Part shown: piece after piece, positions 1 to 9,027 of the stretch
How the letters are laid out: every line of letters starts with the position of its first letter
Position numbering within the stretch: the stretch's first letter is position 1
Assembly: GCA_041389765.1 (NCBI GenBank)
Contig: JAWKRE010000002.1
Span: forward strand, 1 to 11,907
Reading direction: 5' to 3'
From: Polyangiaceae bacterium
GTDB lineage: Bacteria > Myxococcota_A > Polyangia > Polyangiales > Polyangiaceae
DNA length: 11,907 nt
Notes under the pieces: generated by a model
Told to the model about the DNA's origin: nothing
Databases searched by the model: none
The model's input: only the letters and a program-made list of their open reading frames with translations
Translations under genes and position numbers: made by a program

Positions 1-994
1 GTGATAGCGAGTCCGCCTTCGCCCCGACATCCGCGCTCGCCGCCACGTCCACCAGGTCCGACTCTTTCAGCTCCACCGGCTCCGGCGGAGGCGCGGACAC
101 GCTCTGGATGCTCGACCACGAGGCCGCCGCGATGCTCGCCTCCGGCGCCGCGCCCTGCACGATCGCCACGAACGCGTCCGTCAGCTCCCGCACCGATTGA
201 AAGCGCTCCTCCCGGTTCTTCGCCAGCGCCCGCGCAAAGAAAGGATCCAGCGACTCGGGCAGCTCCTGCACGAACGTCCCCACCTTCGGCGGCGGCTCGA
301 CAAGCACCTTCGACAGCACCGTCCCGAACCCGTCGCCCGAAAATGGCAGGTGCCCTGTCAGCATCCGATAGGCGATCACCCCCACCGCCCACACGTCCGT
401 CCGGTGGTCCACGTCCTTGTCCCCCCGCGCCTGCTCCGGGCTCACGTAGTGCGGAGTCCCCACGATCTCCCCTGTCCGCGTCGACTCCCCCCGCAGCTCC
501 CCCGGCTGCTTCGCGATCCCGAAGTCAAGCACCTTCAGGATCTCGTAGTCGTCCACGCGCGCGAGAAACAGGTTCCCCGGCTTGATGTCGCGGTGCACGA
601 TCCCCGCCTCGTGCGCTCGCCGCAGCGCCTTCGCCACCTGCACGAGCAGGTCCGCCGTCTCGCTCACGGGCATGCGCCCCATGCGCCGGAGCCGCGTCCG
701 CAGGTCCTCCCCGCGCAAGAGCTCCATCACCAGATAAGGAGTCCCCTCCTCGACCCCGAAGTCCTGCACGTGCACGACGTGAGGGCTCTCGATCGCCGCC
801 GCCGCCCGCGCCTCCCGCTCGAACCGCACCACGAACGAGCGCGACCCCACGAACCGGGCGTCGAGGAACTTCACCGCGAGCTGGGACCCCAGCTTCACGT
901 GCCGCGCCACCCACACCGAGCCCATACCCCCGCGCGCAAGCTGGGCCTCCAGCCTGTACTTTTCCGCAATGACAGTTCCCGCCGCAATGCGCAT
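1..994 (-). CDS. Hanks-type Ser/Thr protein kinase, intact, 3' end (C-terminus) runs off window start
   Basis: Minus-strand translation from the ATG at 992-994 reads MRIAAGTVIAEKYRLEAQLARGGMGSVWVARHVKLGSQLAVKFL. This gives the Gly loop (GGMGSV), the VAIK-type Lys (LAVKF), [14 protein letters not shown] at rc ~575-616, DFGIAK and SPEQ. An in-frame TAG lies 5 codons upstream of the ATG. I translated 2..540 fully and found no stops and no frame change. The annotated antisense ORF 197..1021(+) is its shadow. Confidence 0.9.
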   Translation of the reverse strand, partial: MRIAAGTVIAEKYRLEAQLARGGMGSVWVARHVKLGSQLAVKFLDARFVGSRSFVVRFEREARAAAAIESPHVVHVQDFGVEEGTPYLVMELLRGEDLRTRLRRMGRMPVSETADLLVQVAKALRRAHEAGIVHRDIKPGNLFLARVDDYEILKVLDFGIAKQPGELRGESTRTGEIVGTPHYVSPEQARGDKDVDHRTDVWAVGVIAYRMLTGHLPFSGDGFGTVLSKVLVEPPPKVGTFVQELPESLDPFFARALAKNREERFQSVRELTDAFVAIVQGAAPEASIAAASWSSIQSVSAPPPEPVELKESDLVDVAASADVGAKADSLS

Positions 995-1235
995 TCGCCG
1001 TGGAGCCTAGCGCTGCAATGACGCACGGGAAGGCGCCCGCGAATCGAATTACGCATCTTCTGTGATCTGGCCGGAACATTTGACAGTTCCGCCCAGCAAA
1101 TGGTCTCATGCCCGCGCGGGAGCCGCGCCCTCACCCCCTCATTGTGCCGCCCCGCGTCACATTGCGAGCAGGTCGTCAACCGTCATTGCGCACTGTCATG
1201 GACATGAGTCCCCCCCGTTGCCGGTTCGCAATGAC
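965..1235. promoter_or_regulatory. Leader/promoter region of kinase 1 with repeated CGCAATGAC / GTCATTGCG motif and palindrome AATGCGCATT (986-995) overlapping the start codon
   Basis: Direct reading: CGCAATGAC at 965-973 and 1227-1235, tGCAATGACg at 1014-1023, reverse GTCATTGCG at 1182-1190, and half-sites at 983-991 and 1160-1166. A perfect 10-bp palindrome lies at 986-995. The 14-mer tgacagttcc(c)gcc occurs at 970-983 and 1081-1093. Confidence 0.3.
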
Positions 1236-1238
1236 GGG

Positions 1239-2048
1239 TCAGCGCGCCTTCGGGTCCACCCGGTCCACCTTCGCGCAGCGGCGCGAGTCCGTACACAGCG
1301 CACCATTCGGAATACGACAGCACACTCGCCCGCCCGAGCAGCTCGCGTCCGCCTTGCACCGGTTGGCGGCGCAGCATGCCAGTCCCTTCTTCCCCGCAGC
1401 GTCGAAGTCCTCCTGCGTGTAGCAGGGCGTGCAGGGCTTTTCGCCTCCTGGCAGCGACGCCGCCGCCGCCCGCACCTCCGCGTTCTCCCGCAGATCCAGG
1501 CTCTTCTGGAAATAGGCCCGCGCCCCCGACACGTTCCCCGCCCCCTTCTCGATGAGCCCCAGATTGTAATACACCGCCGCGAGCGGCATGGGGCTCTTGG
1601 GCTTCATCGCCAGCGCCCGGTCGCACTCGGCCTTTGCGTATCCCAGCTTGCCAGCCTGGATGTTCTTCCAGCACCGGTCGTTCCACTCCCACCCGCCGCG
1701 CTTGTCGATGAGCCCCACGTCCTCCGGAGGCAACACCGGCTTTCGCGCGTTGGTCCCGTCGTTGTCCGAGGCGGCTCCCACCGGCACGGGCACAGGATTG
1801 CCGTTCGCGGCTGTCGGCACGGGCGAGGGCACGGGCTCCTCCGCCACGATCCCCCCCGCCCCGCACTCGCACGGCAAGAACCCGCTCCCCTCGGCGTTGC
1901 ACGCCTGTGATCCCTGCGTCCCTCCCGGGCACGCACAGGCAGTCTGCTGCCCCGGCACACACTGCTGCGACCGGCAGGCGAAGACCCCCACCGAAACGAG
2001 AAATGCCGCGGCCACGAGCCCCACCCCCTTGCGCAAGATCGCCATCAT
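1239..2048 (-). CDS. Secreted/lipoprotein-like Cys-rich protein with one TPR-like motif (hypothetical), intact
   Basis: ORF track 1239..2198(-). The plausible start is the ATGATG at 2043-2048. It gives MMAILRKGVGLVAAAFLVSVGVFAC, a signal peptide with Cys following (lipobox-like). A Cys-rich segment follows (CVPGQQTACACPGGTQGSQACNAEGSGFLPCEC), then a Pro/Val linker. A TPR-like helix pair follows (KLGYAKAECDRALAMKPKSPMPLAAVYYNLGLIEKGAGNVSGARAYFQKSLDL), then a Cys-rich C-terminus. There are no frame breaks. Confidence 0.6.
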   Translation of the reverse strand: MMAILRKGVGLVAAAFLVSVGVFACRSQQCVPGQQTACACPGGTQGSQACNAEGSGFLPCECGAGGIVAEEPVPSPVPTAANGNPVPVPVGAASDNDGTNARKPVLPPEDVGLIDKRGGWEWNDRCWKNIQAGKLGYAKAECDRALAMKPKSPMPLAAVYYNLGLIEKGAGNVSGARAYFQKSLDLRENAEVRAAAASLPGGEKPCTPCYTQEDFDAAGKKGLACCAANRCKADASCSGGRVCCRIPNGALCTDSRRCAKVDRVDPKAR

Positions 2049-2361
2049 GCCTGTCACGCTACCACGACAGCGAACCCTCGCGATAGCCTGTCGCGGCGCC
2101 CACCATGCAGCGAATTGCCGCCACGCGCCCCCCAAGCACGTAGCGGAGGACCGTCCCGGTCCTGGAACAAGGCTTCCGGTGGCGCGGCACGCCGCCAAGC
2201 GGAAACGCGAAGAGCGTGGCGCATCAGGCTTGGATCCAAGGTGTTCTGTGGCGCTTTCCGCCAGACGAAAACGCGAGCTCGGCGAGACCGTCGGAACGCC
2301 CGCCCTGCGTGGAAGTCCCGCCAGACGCCCGCCCAGCAGGTAAATCCACAGACTGCTAGTT

Positions 2362-3463
2362 CTAGAATCTCCCCCCCACCGACAGGGCAGCTCCCTCCGG
2401 CGTGACGATGGGCGAGATGGCCAGTGTCCGCCTCACTGCCCCTGTCTTCTGCTCCTTGGGCCCGCTCACGAAGAACAGCACGAGCCCCGCCCCCGCCGCC
2501 GCGAGCCCCACCGGCAGCGCGATGGTCGAGACGAGCGCCTTCGTCCCCGCATCATTGATGACCGCCCGCCCCGCCGGACTGCACACCTTGCCGGGACACA
2601 GCGCCGGATCGCTCTCCGCGTTCCCCACGTCCGCCGCCGCGAGCCCCCCCAGCACGCCCCCCACCGCGGCCCCCGCAATGCCCACCCCCATGAGCACGTA
2701 CGAGGCTGTCCGCATCCCTGACCCCTCCTCGCCCCCGCCTGTCGCCGTTGCTGTCGGCGCGGCTGTGACCATGGCAGTCCCTGTCGGCGCAGCCGTGGTG
2801 TCCGGCGCGGTCGTGCCGCTCGCTGCGGCCGTGGCCGTGGCTGTCGGCGCAGGCTCGGGCGACTTCGTGAGAGGGGGAATCGCCGCCGTCTTCGAGTCCG
2901 CGTTGGGCCCCACGTTCACGGTGACTGTATACGCCTCATACCCCGGCGCCACCGCCTCGATCGTGTGATCGCCCGGGTCCACGAACAGGGGAGTCCCCAG
3001 CATGGCGGCCCCCATCTCCACCCCGTCGCTCTTCACCACGAGCCCCGGCACCGCCGCCGCCGTGATGGTCAGTCGCGACAGCTTCGGTTCGAGCTGCTTG
3101 GCCAGGTCGCGCGCCCCTGCTCGCGGTCCTGCCCGAGCTGCCCCGCGAGCACCGCCGCTTCCTTGTATTCCGTGAACGCCGACGCCGTCTTCCCGAGGCT
3201 CTCGTAGCACCGCGCCAGGTTGAGCTGAGTCCCCGGCGACGGATCGAGCTTCTGGCTCTCCGCGAACTTGGGGCAAGCCTCCGCGTACTTCTTCTCCCCC
3301 ATGAGCTTCTTGCCCGCCTGAAACAGCGACTCTGCCGCGACCTTCGCGCCTGCGCCGGGGCCGCGGGCGCGTGAAGCGCAGCGCTCACCGCGAGCGCGAC
3401 AGCCACGATGAGCCGCCGCCCGTGAAGCGCCCTTGTCGGTCTCGAACCGTCTCTAGCGATCAT
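2362..3463 (-). pseudogene. Signal-peptide TPR-like + PEGA-domain protein with two C-terminal TM segments; needs 2 frameshifts (about 3115 and about 3340) to read
   Basis: Three minus-strand ORF pieces join into one protein. Piece 2936..3463 gives the N-terminus MIARDGSRPTRALHGRRLIVAVALAVSAALHAPAAPAQA (signal peptide). Piece 3069..3302 gives GEKKYAEACPKFAESQKLDPSPGTQLNLARCYESLGKTASAFTEYKEAAVLAGQLGQDREQG (TPR-like). Piece 2362..3276 gives ARDLAKQLEPKLSRLTIT...VVKSDGVEMGAAMLGTPLFVDPGDHTIEAVAPGYEAYTVTVNV (PEGA-like), then a T/A/P linker and two hydrophobic helices. The junction at 3114-3117 is repaired by adding one C to a C4 run, which gives ...DREQGARDLAKQ. Confidence 0.7.
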
Positions 3464-5268
3464 CGAAGATGCTCTTTCCCTTGGTATCGGCGGGCTTTGC
3501 CGTCGAAGTAGCGGTCGCCTTGGCCCGCCCGCACTGCCGGTCGCGCCTCTCCCCGAGGTGGGATGGTTCCGCCGGCGACTGCCGCACTGGTACGTGGCCC
3601 CCGCCGCCGCGTCGTCGCTCGATGTCGACCCGCTCGCCGTCGCTGACGCCTCCGGAGCGGGAGTGTCCGTCGCCGCCGCAGCCGCGCTGGCAGTGGCGGT
3701 GACGCTGGCAGTGACACTGGCAGTCTCGCCGGAGGAGCCACGCTCGTCGCCGGAGAGCCCATCGCCTTCTCCGCCGCCGCCGTGGCCGGGCCGGAGCCGA
3801 CGCCGACCCGATCCCCACGAGCAGCGCCCCCGCGATCGCCCCGCCCGCGACGAGCACCGCCGCCGCGATCAGCAGCGGCGCCTTGCTCGAATTCGCCGGT
3901 GGAGGCGCCGGCGCCGCGATCACCATATCCGGCGCCGTCGACGGCCCGATCCCCGCCCCGCCCTTTCGGCCCCGAGCGCCCCCGGAGGCACGGTGTTGCC
4001 CGTCGCCGCCGCCTGCCCCGGAGCCCCTGTCGCGCCCGCGGCCGGCCCCGGCCCCGAGGCCCCGGTCACACCCCGGCCCCCGCCTGTCCCGGAGCCCCCA
4101 CCTGTCCCGGAAGCCCCGCCGCCGCCCCCAAAGGCGCATCGAGCGCGATGGTCCCCCCCGCCAGCGGAGCCCTCCCCGCCTGCCCCGCAGGCATCGCAGG
4201 CGCGTCGATCGCGACCGTGCCCCCGCGATCGGAGGCCGCGGATCCATCGCCAGCGTCCCCCCGCGTGCGCGCCGAGCCGGTGGGGATACGGGCTGTGGGG
4301 ACACCCCCGTGGGCGGCGTCAGCCCCGCAGCGCGGGCGATCCGATCGATGTTGGGCTGCGATCGTGCGGGCGCGAACGGCGCCAGCGCCACCGCAAACTC
4401 CGCGATGCTGCCATACCGCTCTGCCCTGTCGCGGGCGTACGCGCGCTCCAGCACCGGCGCGAGCGAGGGCGCAGATCCGGCTGCACGTTCGCGAGCGGCG
4501 TGGGAGTCCCCGTGAGCACCTCCGCGCAGAGCTGAGGCAGAGTGTCCGCATAGAAAGGCTGCTTGCCCGCGAGCAGCTCGTAGAGCGAGATCCCCAGAGC
4601 GTAGATGTCCGTGCGGTGATCGACCCCCGCGTCTGCTGCATCTGCTCCGGCGACATGTACAGCGCGGACCCCATCGCCGTCATCGTCTTGGTGAGGTTCT
4701 CGGTGGACTCTGCCATCTTCGAGATGCCGAAATCGAGCACCTTCACCAGCGCCGAGCCGTCGTGCCGCCGCGTGAGGAACAGATTGGCAGGCTTGATGTC
4801 GCGGTGAACGATCCCCGCGGCGTGCGCCTCCGTGAGGGCCTCCGCCGCCTGAAGCATTGTAGTCCACCGCGTCGTCCAGCTTCTGCACGCCGTTCTTCAT
4901 CAGCTCCCCCGCGAGGTCGTGCCCTGGAGGAACTCCATCACCATGTACGGAGCCTCGTTTTCGAGCGTCCCGACGTCGCTCACGCGCGCCACGTGCTCGC
5001 TCTTGATCTTCACCGCCGCCTTCCCTCGCGGAGAAAGCGCGCCACCGCCTCCGGGTGCTGCGAACGTGGATGTCAGGAACTTGAGGGCGACCCGATCATC
5101 GAGCACCATGTGCCGCGCCTCGACGACGACCCCATCCCCCCTGTCCGATCACGCGGTCGACTCGATACTTGCCCGCGAGGACGGTGCCCGGCGCGACAGG
5201 CGCGTCGTTGGCGACCGCCGGCCCTGCCGACTCCGGGGTTCCTGCGGGGTAGTGGTGGACTCCGTCAT
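3453..5268 (-). pseudogene. Receptor-type Hanks Ser/Thr protein kinase (catalytic domain + Pro/Gly linker + single TM + repetitive extracellular tail), at least 7 frameshifts
   Basis: The pieces on the minus strand are as follows. An ATG at 5266-5268 sits 5 nt after the upstream gene stop. GTVLAGKYRVDRVIGQGGMG lies in a second frame. Then comes VVVEARHMVLDDRVALKFL...APYMVMEFLQG (ORF 4900..5109), then [20 protein letters not shown] (4319..4900), then [28 protein letters not shown]...VLDFGISK...YMSPEQ (4066..4857). The kinase continues with [24 protein letters not shown] (4319..4900 again) and ...[19 protein letters not shown], followed by the TM helix KAPLLIAAAVLVAGGAIAGALLVGIGS (3453..4454). 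After that comes (VTAS)n low complexity. The shift at 5130-5133 is a missing C in a C4 run. The exact 3' end is ambiguous, between 3453 and 3470. Confidence 0.85.
3683..3725 (-). repeat. In-frame 12-nt tandem repeat (gctggcagtgac, about 3.5 copies; encodes VTAS repeats) in the post-TM tail of kinase 2
   Basis: Direct reading of ctggcagtggcggtgacgctggcagtgacactggcagt. Confidence 0.7.
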
Positions 5269-5274
5269 GACCGT

Positions 5275-7225
5275 TACCTGCCCAGCTTTCCGAGGATCAC
5301 ATCATTCGAGCCGACCGGCGTGACCGCCCCACCGCCGAAGTCCGCAGTCTGGCTGAACGAGCCCGCCAGCAGCGAATACCCGGCCCCGTCGACAGAGCCA
5401 GTCCACCGTGCCCCCAGCGCGTGAACCCACTGCACGTTGCCCGAGCTGTTCAGCTTGGCGACGAACGACCCCGCCTTGGGCGTCCCGGAGTCGGCAGCAT
5501 GGTGTTGCCCAGCATGAAGGGCTCATCGTACACCCCGGCGATCCACGGCCCGTCCGTCGTCGCCGTGACGCCGTGGAGCCTGTCGTTCCCGGCCCGCCGA
5601 ACTGCTTTTGCCACAGGACAGTCCCGCTCGAATTGTAGGCCACCACCACGATGTCCTGCGCGTCCGGCGTGAGCACCGTCCCGTTGAAGTTGCTCGGCGC
5701 GGTCAGCGTCCCTGCCACGATGGGCCCCGAGAGCCCCTGCGCCACCTTCGAACGAGAACCCACCCACGTCCGCCCCCTTCATCCACAAGGGCGCTCCGTT
5801 CAGGTCAATCTTGGCGAGGAAGAACGTCTGTCCCGCCGCGAGCGGCCCTGTCCCGATATCGAACCCCGGAGTGCTCGTCGTCCCCACCACGTACGCCGCG
5901 CCGCCCACGTAGTCTCCCCCAGGCTCCCTGACCCGAACATCCCCTCATCCCCTGACCCGCCCAGGTTGATCTTCCACTTGACCTGATTGGCCCCGTCGTA
6001 TTTCACGAGGAAGATGTCCGACCCCCCCACCTTCGCGATGGGGTGCGTGTTTCCCTGAGCCGACGAACACCGAGTCGCTGTCGAACTCGCCGGCCACGAG
6101 GTACCCGTCGAACACCCACTCTGTGCTCACACCTTCTGGTTGTTCCCGCCCCCGTACCCCAGGCTGAAGATGTGATTCCCGGACGTGTCATACCGCGCCA
6201 CGAACCCGTCGAACCCCTGTGAGATCCCCAGCGCGCCCCCGCCCGGGTCGAAGTTCCCGAACAGATAATACCCCGCCGCGAGCACCCCGTTGTTGTTGTG
6301 GAAGCTCACGTCGTTGATCGCCTCCGACGCGTCCCCGGAGAGCTGCTTGCTCCACCCGAACGACCCGCCGGGTTGTAGACAGCCAGGTACACATCCCCCC
6401 AGTCGTTCCCTGCGAATTCATGAACCTGCCGCCCATGTCGAGCGACCCCTTGAACCACCCGAGAATACGGCCTTGTTCGAGAACCCCGCGACGGCCACCC
6501 CGAGCTGTACTCGCTGCCGAACCCCCTTGGGAACGACCACACCGCAGTTGAACCCGTTGCAGTCCTCGTCCTCCGGCGCCCCGCAGAACTCGTCCGCCGG
6601 CACCACCTGCCCCAGGCACAGGTTGGGGTTCATGAGATCTGGCAGGATGCCAGTCGCCGGACACTGCAACGTCGACGACTTGCACTGTCCCACACCGGCA
6701 GTCCCCGCGGGCCCCAAAACACGTGAGCGCCGTGTCGGTGTGCAACACCCGTTCTCCGCCAGCGAGAACCCGTCGCAGTCGTCATCCTCCGGCGTCGTGC
6801 AATCCTCGAAGTTGCCGGGCAGCGTCTGCCCCTTGCAGGCGTCGAAGCCCGTCCCCTCCAGGTTGCACTTCTGCTGCCCCTTCTTGCAGACCCCCACGCC
6901 CTCCGTCCCGTTCGGCCCCTCGTAGCAATCCACCGACTCGCCCGGCGTGCAGATCATGCCCCGCCGGTGCCCCCGGTGCCGCCGGTGCCGCCGCCGCCTT
7001 GCGCTGTCCCGCCGGTGCCGCCGCCGCCTTGCGAGGTGCCCCCGGTGCCGCCGCCGCCCTGCGACGTCCCCCGGTGCCGCCCTGCGTCGTGCCGCCGGTG
7101 TTGCCGCCGGAGCCCCCGTCGGCCGCGTCCGTGAAGTCGTCGATGCCGAGGATCAGCCCGCACCCGGTGGAGGCCAGGGTGAGCGGAAACGTCGCGGCGA
7201 TGAAGCGAAGGGTGTACGTTGCATG
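5275..7225 (-). pseudogene. Lipoprotein with Gly/Thr-rich linker, Cys-rich E-x-C-x3-E-D-D-D-C-D/N-G repeats (MopE/'putative metal-binding motif'-like) and SBBP beta-propeller repeats; at least 6 frameshifts
   Basis: The ATG at 7223-7225 plus one C-run repair gives MQRTPLRFIAATFPLTLASTGC, a lipoprotein signal. The linker is GGSGGNTGGTTQGGTGG(TSQGGGGTGG)x3. The Cys-rich block is at 6418..6957(-): CTPGESVDCYEG...EDCTTPEDDDCDG...EFCGAPEDEDCNG. SBBP-like repeats are spread over three frames: FDGFVARYDTSGNHIFSLGYGGG, SDIFLVKYDGANQVKWKINLGGSGDEG, FLAKIDLNGAPLWMKG, VVVAYNSSGTVLWQKQFGGPG and FVAKLNSSGNVQWVHALG. The protein ends ...SNDVILGKLGR with TAA at 5275-5277. The shifts at 7068-7072, 6959-6962 and 7210-7212 are all minus-one events in homopolymers. 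Confidence 0.8.
6958..7100 (-). repeat. In-frame about 30-nt tandem repeat (gccggtgccgccgccgccttgcg.ggt.cc, 4-5 copies) encoding the GGTGGTSQGG linker; one copy carries a frameshift
   Basis: Direct reading of 6958-7100 shows near-identical 30-mers. The last copy lacks 6 nt and has a C5 run where the others imply C6. Confidence 0.7.
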
Positions 7226-7394
7226 GGGATCCTCGGCGCGGAGGACGCGCCCCGCCCGATGATCGCCGAACGTGCAGCGCCATCGCAAGCCTCTCGGCGC
7301 CGCCGCCGGCCTTCTTCTCCCGGCGGTCCCCCTCCGAGGCCCTCTTCTGCGATTTACGTGACCCGAGCGCGCCGAACCCTCTACCCTTGCCGCG

Positions 7395-9021
7395 ATGGAA
7401 GAAGGCGCGGATCCCAGGCAGGAAGGCACCGGCACCGAGTCCGTCTACGCTCCCCCAAGGCATGACGGCCCGCTCGACGATCTCGTGTCCCGCGCGATGG
7501 AGCCTCGGCACCGAGCCGACCGTCCGGCAGCAGAACGGCATCTACGAGGTCGTCGGCGAGATCGTCTCCCGTACAACAACCACGATCTCGCCCCCGCCCG
7601 CATCCGCGATCGCAAGTGGGCGATGCAGGACATCGCCGCGTCTCTGGATCAGCATGTCCGCCTGTGTCCCCACGTACATGCTCGCCTCCTCGCTCATCTC
7701 CGAGGGCATGAGCTGGTGGCAGGCCGTGCTCACCATCTTCCTCGGCAACTGCGTCGTCCTCTTGCCGATGGTCGCCAACGCCCACGCCGGCACCAAATAC
7801 GGCATCCCGTTCCCGTCTACTGCCGCCCTTCGTTCGAATCCTCGGCGCCAACGTCCCCGCGCTTCTCCGCGCCCTCGTCGCGTGCGGCTGGTTCGGAATC
7901 CAGGCCTGGATTGGCGGCTGGGCCATCTACAAGATCCTCACTGTCTACTTCCCCGCCTGGGAGAAGCTCCCGAAGTCCTACGGAGGGATCAACGGCGCCG
8001 GGCTCGTCTGCTTCCTCTTCTTCTGGGGCATCAACATGTTCGTGATCTACCGAGGAATCGAGTCGATCCGCATCCTCCTCAACATCAAGGCCCTCTCCTC
8101 ATCGCCCTTGGCCTGGCGCTCCTCACGTGGGCTTACGTCAAGGCCGGCGGCTTTGGCCCCATGCTCACGAAGCCCTCTGCCTTCGAGCCCGGCCAGCCCA
8201 AAGCCGGCCAGTTCTGGACCTTCTTCTTCCCCGCCCTGACAGGCATGGTCGGCTTCTGGGCCACCCTCTCCCTCAACATCCCTGACTTCACCAGATACGC
8301 CTTCTCCCAGAAGGACCAGGCCGCCGGCCAGGCCCTCGGACTCCCCACCACCATGGGCCTATTCTCCTTCATCGGAGTCGCCGTCACCAGCGCCACATTG
8401 GTCATCTACGGAGAGACCGTCTGGGACCCCGTTGTCCTGATCCCAAGTTCAAGCACCCGGCGATTCTGGTCTTCGCCCCCGCCGCCCTCTGCATTGCCAC
8501 GCTGGCCACCAACATCGCCGCCAACGTCGCAGCCCTGCCAACGACTTCGCCAATCTCTGGCCCTCCAAGATCTCCTTCCGCCGCGGCGGCTACATCACCG
8601 GTGTCATCGGCATTGCCATCCTCCCTGGCGCCTCGTCGCCGACCCCACCGGCTACATCTTCACCTGGCTCGTCGGCTACTCCGCCTCCTCGGCTCGATCG
8701 GCGGAATCCTCATCTGCGACTACTTCGGATCCGCCGCGCCAAGCTCGATCTCGTGAAGCTCACAGGAAGGATGGCCCTTACTGGTACACGGGTGGCTGGA
8801 ACTACAGGGCCTCTCGTCGCCTTGATGGCCGGCATCCTCCCCAATCTCCCCGGCTTCCTCGGCACGATCAAGGTCGCCAAGGTCGCCCCTCTATGGATGA
8901 CCCTCTACAACTACGCGCCTGGTTCGTAGGCTTCGGCCTCCTTCCTTGGTTCTACACCGTCCTCCTGGGGAGACCGCGCCCCTGCCGACTCTCCCCTGCC
9001 GGGCAGACCACCCCCGCCTGA
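7395..9021 (+). pseudogene. NCS1 family nucleobase:cation symporter (PucI/allantoin-permease-like); at least 6 frameshifts
   Basis: The following plus-strand pieces lie across three frames: RLPYNNHDLAPARIRDRKWAMQDIAASL; then WISMSACVPTYMLASSLISEGMSWWQAVLTIFLGNCVVLLPMVANAHAGTKYGIPFP; then [40 protein letters not shown]...MFVIYRGIESIRILLNIKA; then PLLIALGLALLTWAYVKAGGFGP...WATLSLNIPDFTRYAFSQKDQAAGQALGLPTTMGLFSFIGVAVTSATLVIYGETVWDPV; and finally ...LYNYAWFVGFGLLPWFYTVLLG. This matches NCS1 hallmarks (NGHAGTKYG.PFPV, ILNIPDFTR, LY..SWFVG) as I recall them. The N-terminal start is ATG 7395 or ATG 7497. One shift at about 7648 is a tc-dinucleotide indel. Confidence 0.85.
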
Positions 9022-9027
9022 CCTGCC

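Noticed and set aside
197-1021. 274-aa plus-strand ORF, plus the plus-strand ORF 1..585
   Set aside because: It lies exactly antisense to the intact kinase gene. The product is Arg/Pro/His-rich with no motifs. It is a classic high-GC shadow ORF.
1062-2343. Plus-strand ORFs 1062..1910 and 1588..2343, and minus ORFs 1183..1962 and 1604..1960
   Set aside because: These are alternative-frame and antisense shadows of the Cys-rich TPR gene. The translations are low-complexity Arg/Gly/Pro strings.
2341-2370. Palindromic ctagttctagaa just downstream of the TPR/PEGA gene stop, as a possible terminator
   Set aside because: It is too short and AT-poor to form a convincing rho-independent terminator hairpin with a U-tract. 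It is probably coincidental.
2402-2968. 188-aa plus-strand ORF rich in Ala/Pro/Val
   Set aside because: It is antisense to the T/A/P linker and TM region of the TPR/PEGA gene. Its composition mirrors that linker, so it is not independent coding.
3558-4807. Plus-strand ORFs 3558..4535, 3782..4807 and 3883..4515 (210-341 aa)
   Set aside because: They are antisense to kinase 2. The products are extreme Pro/Arg/Ala strings with no domain signatures.
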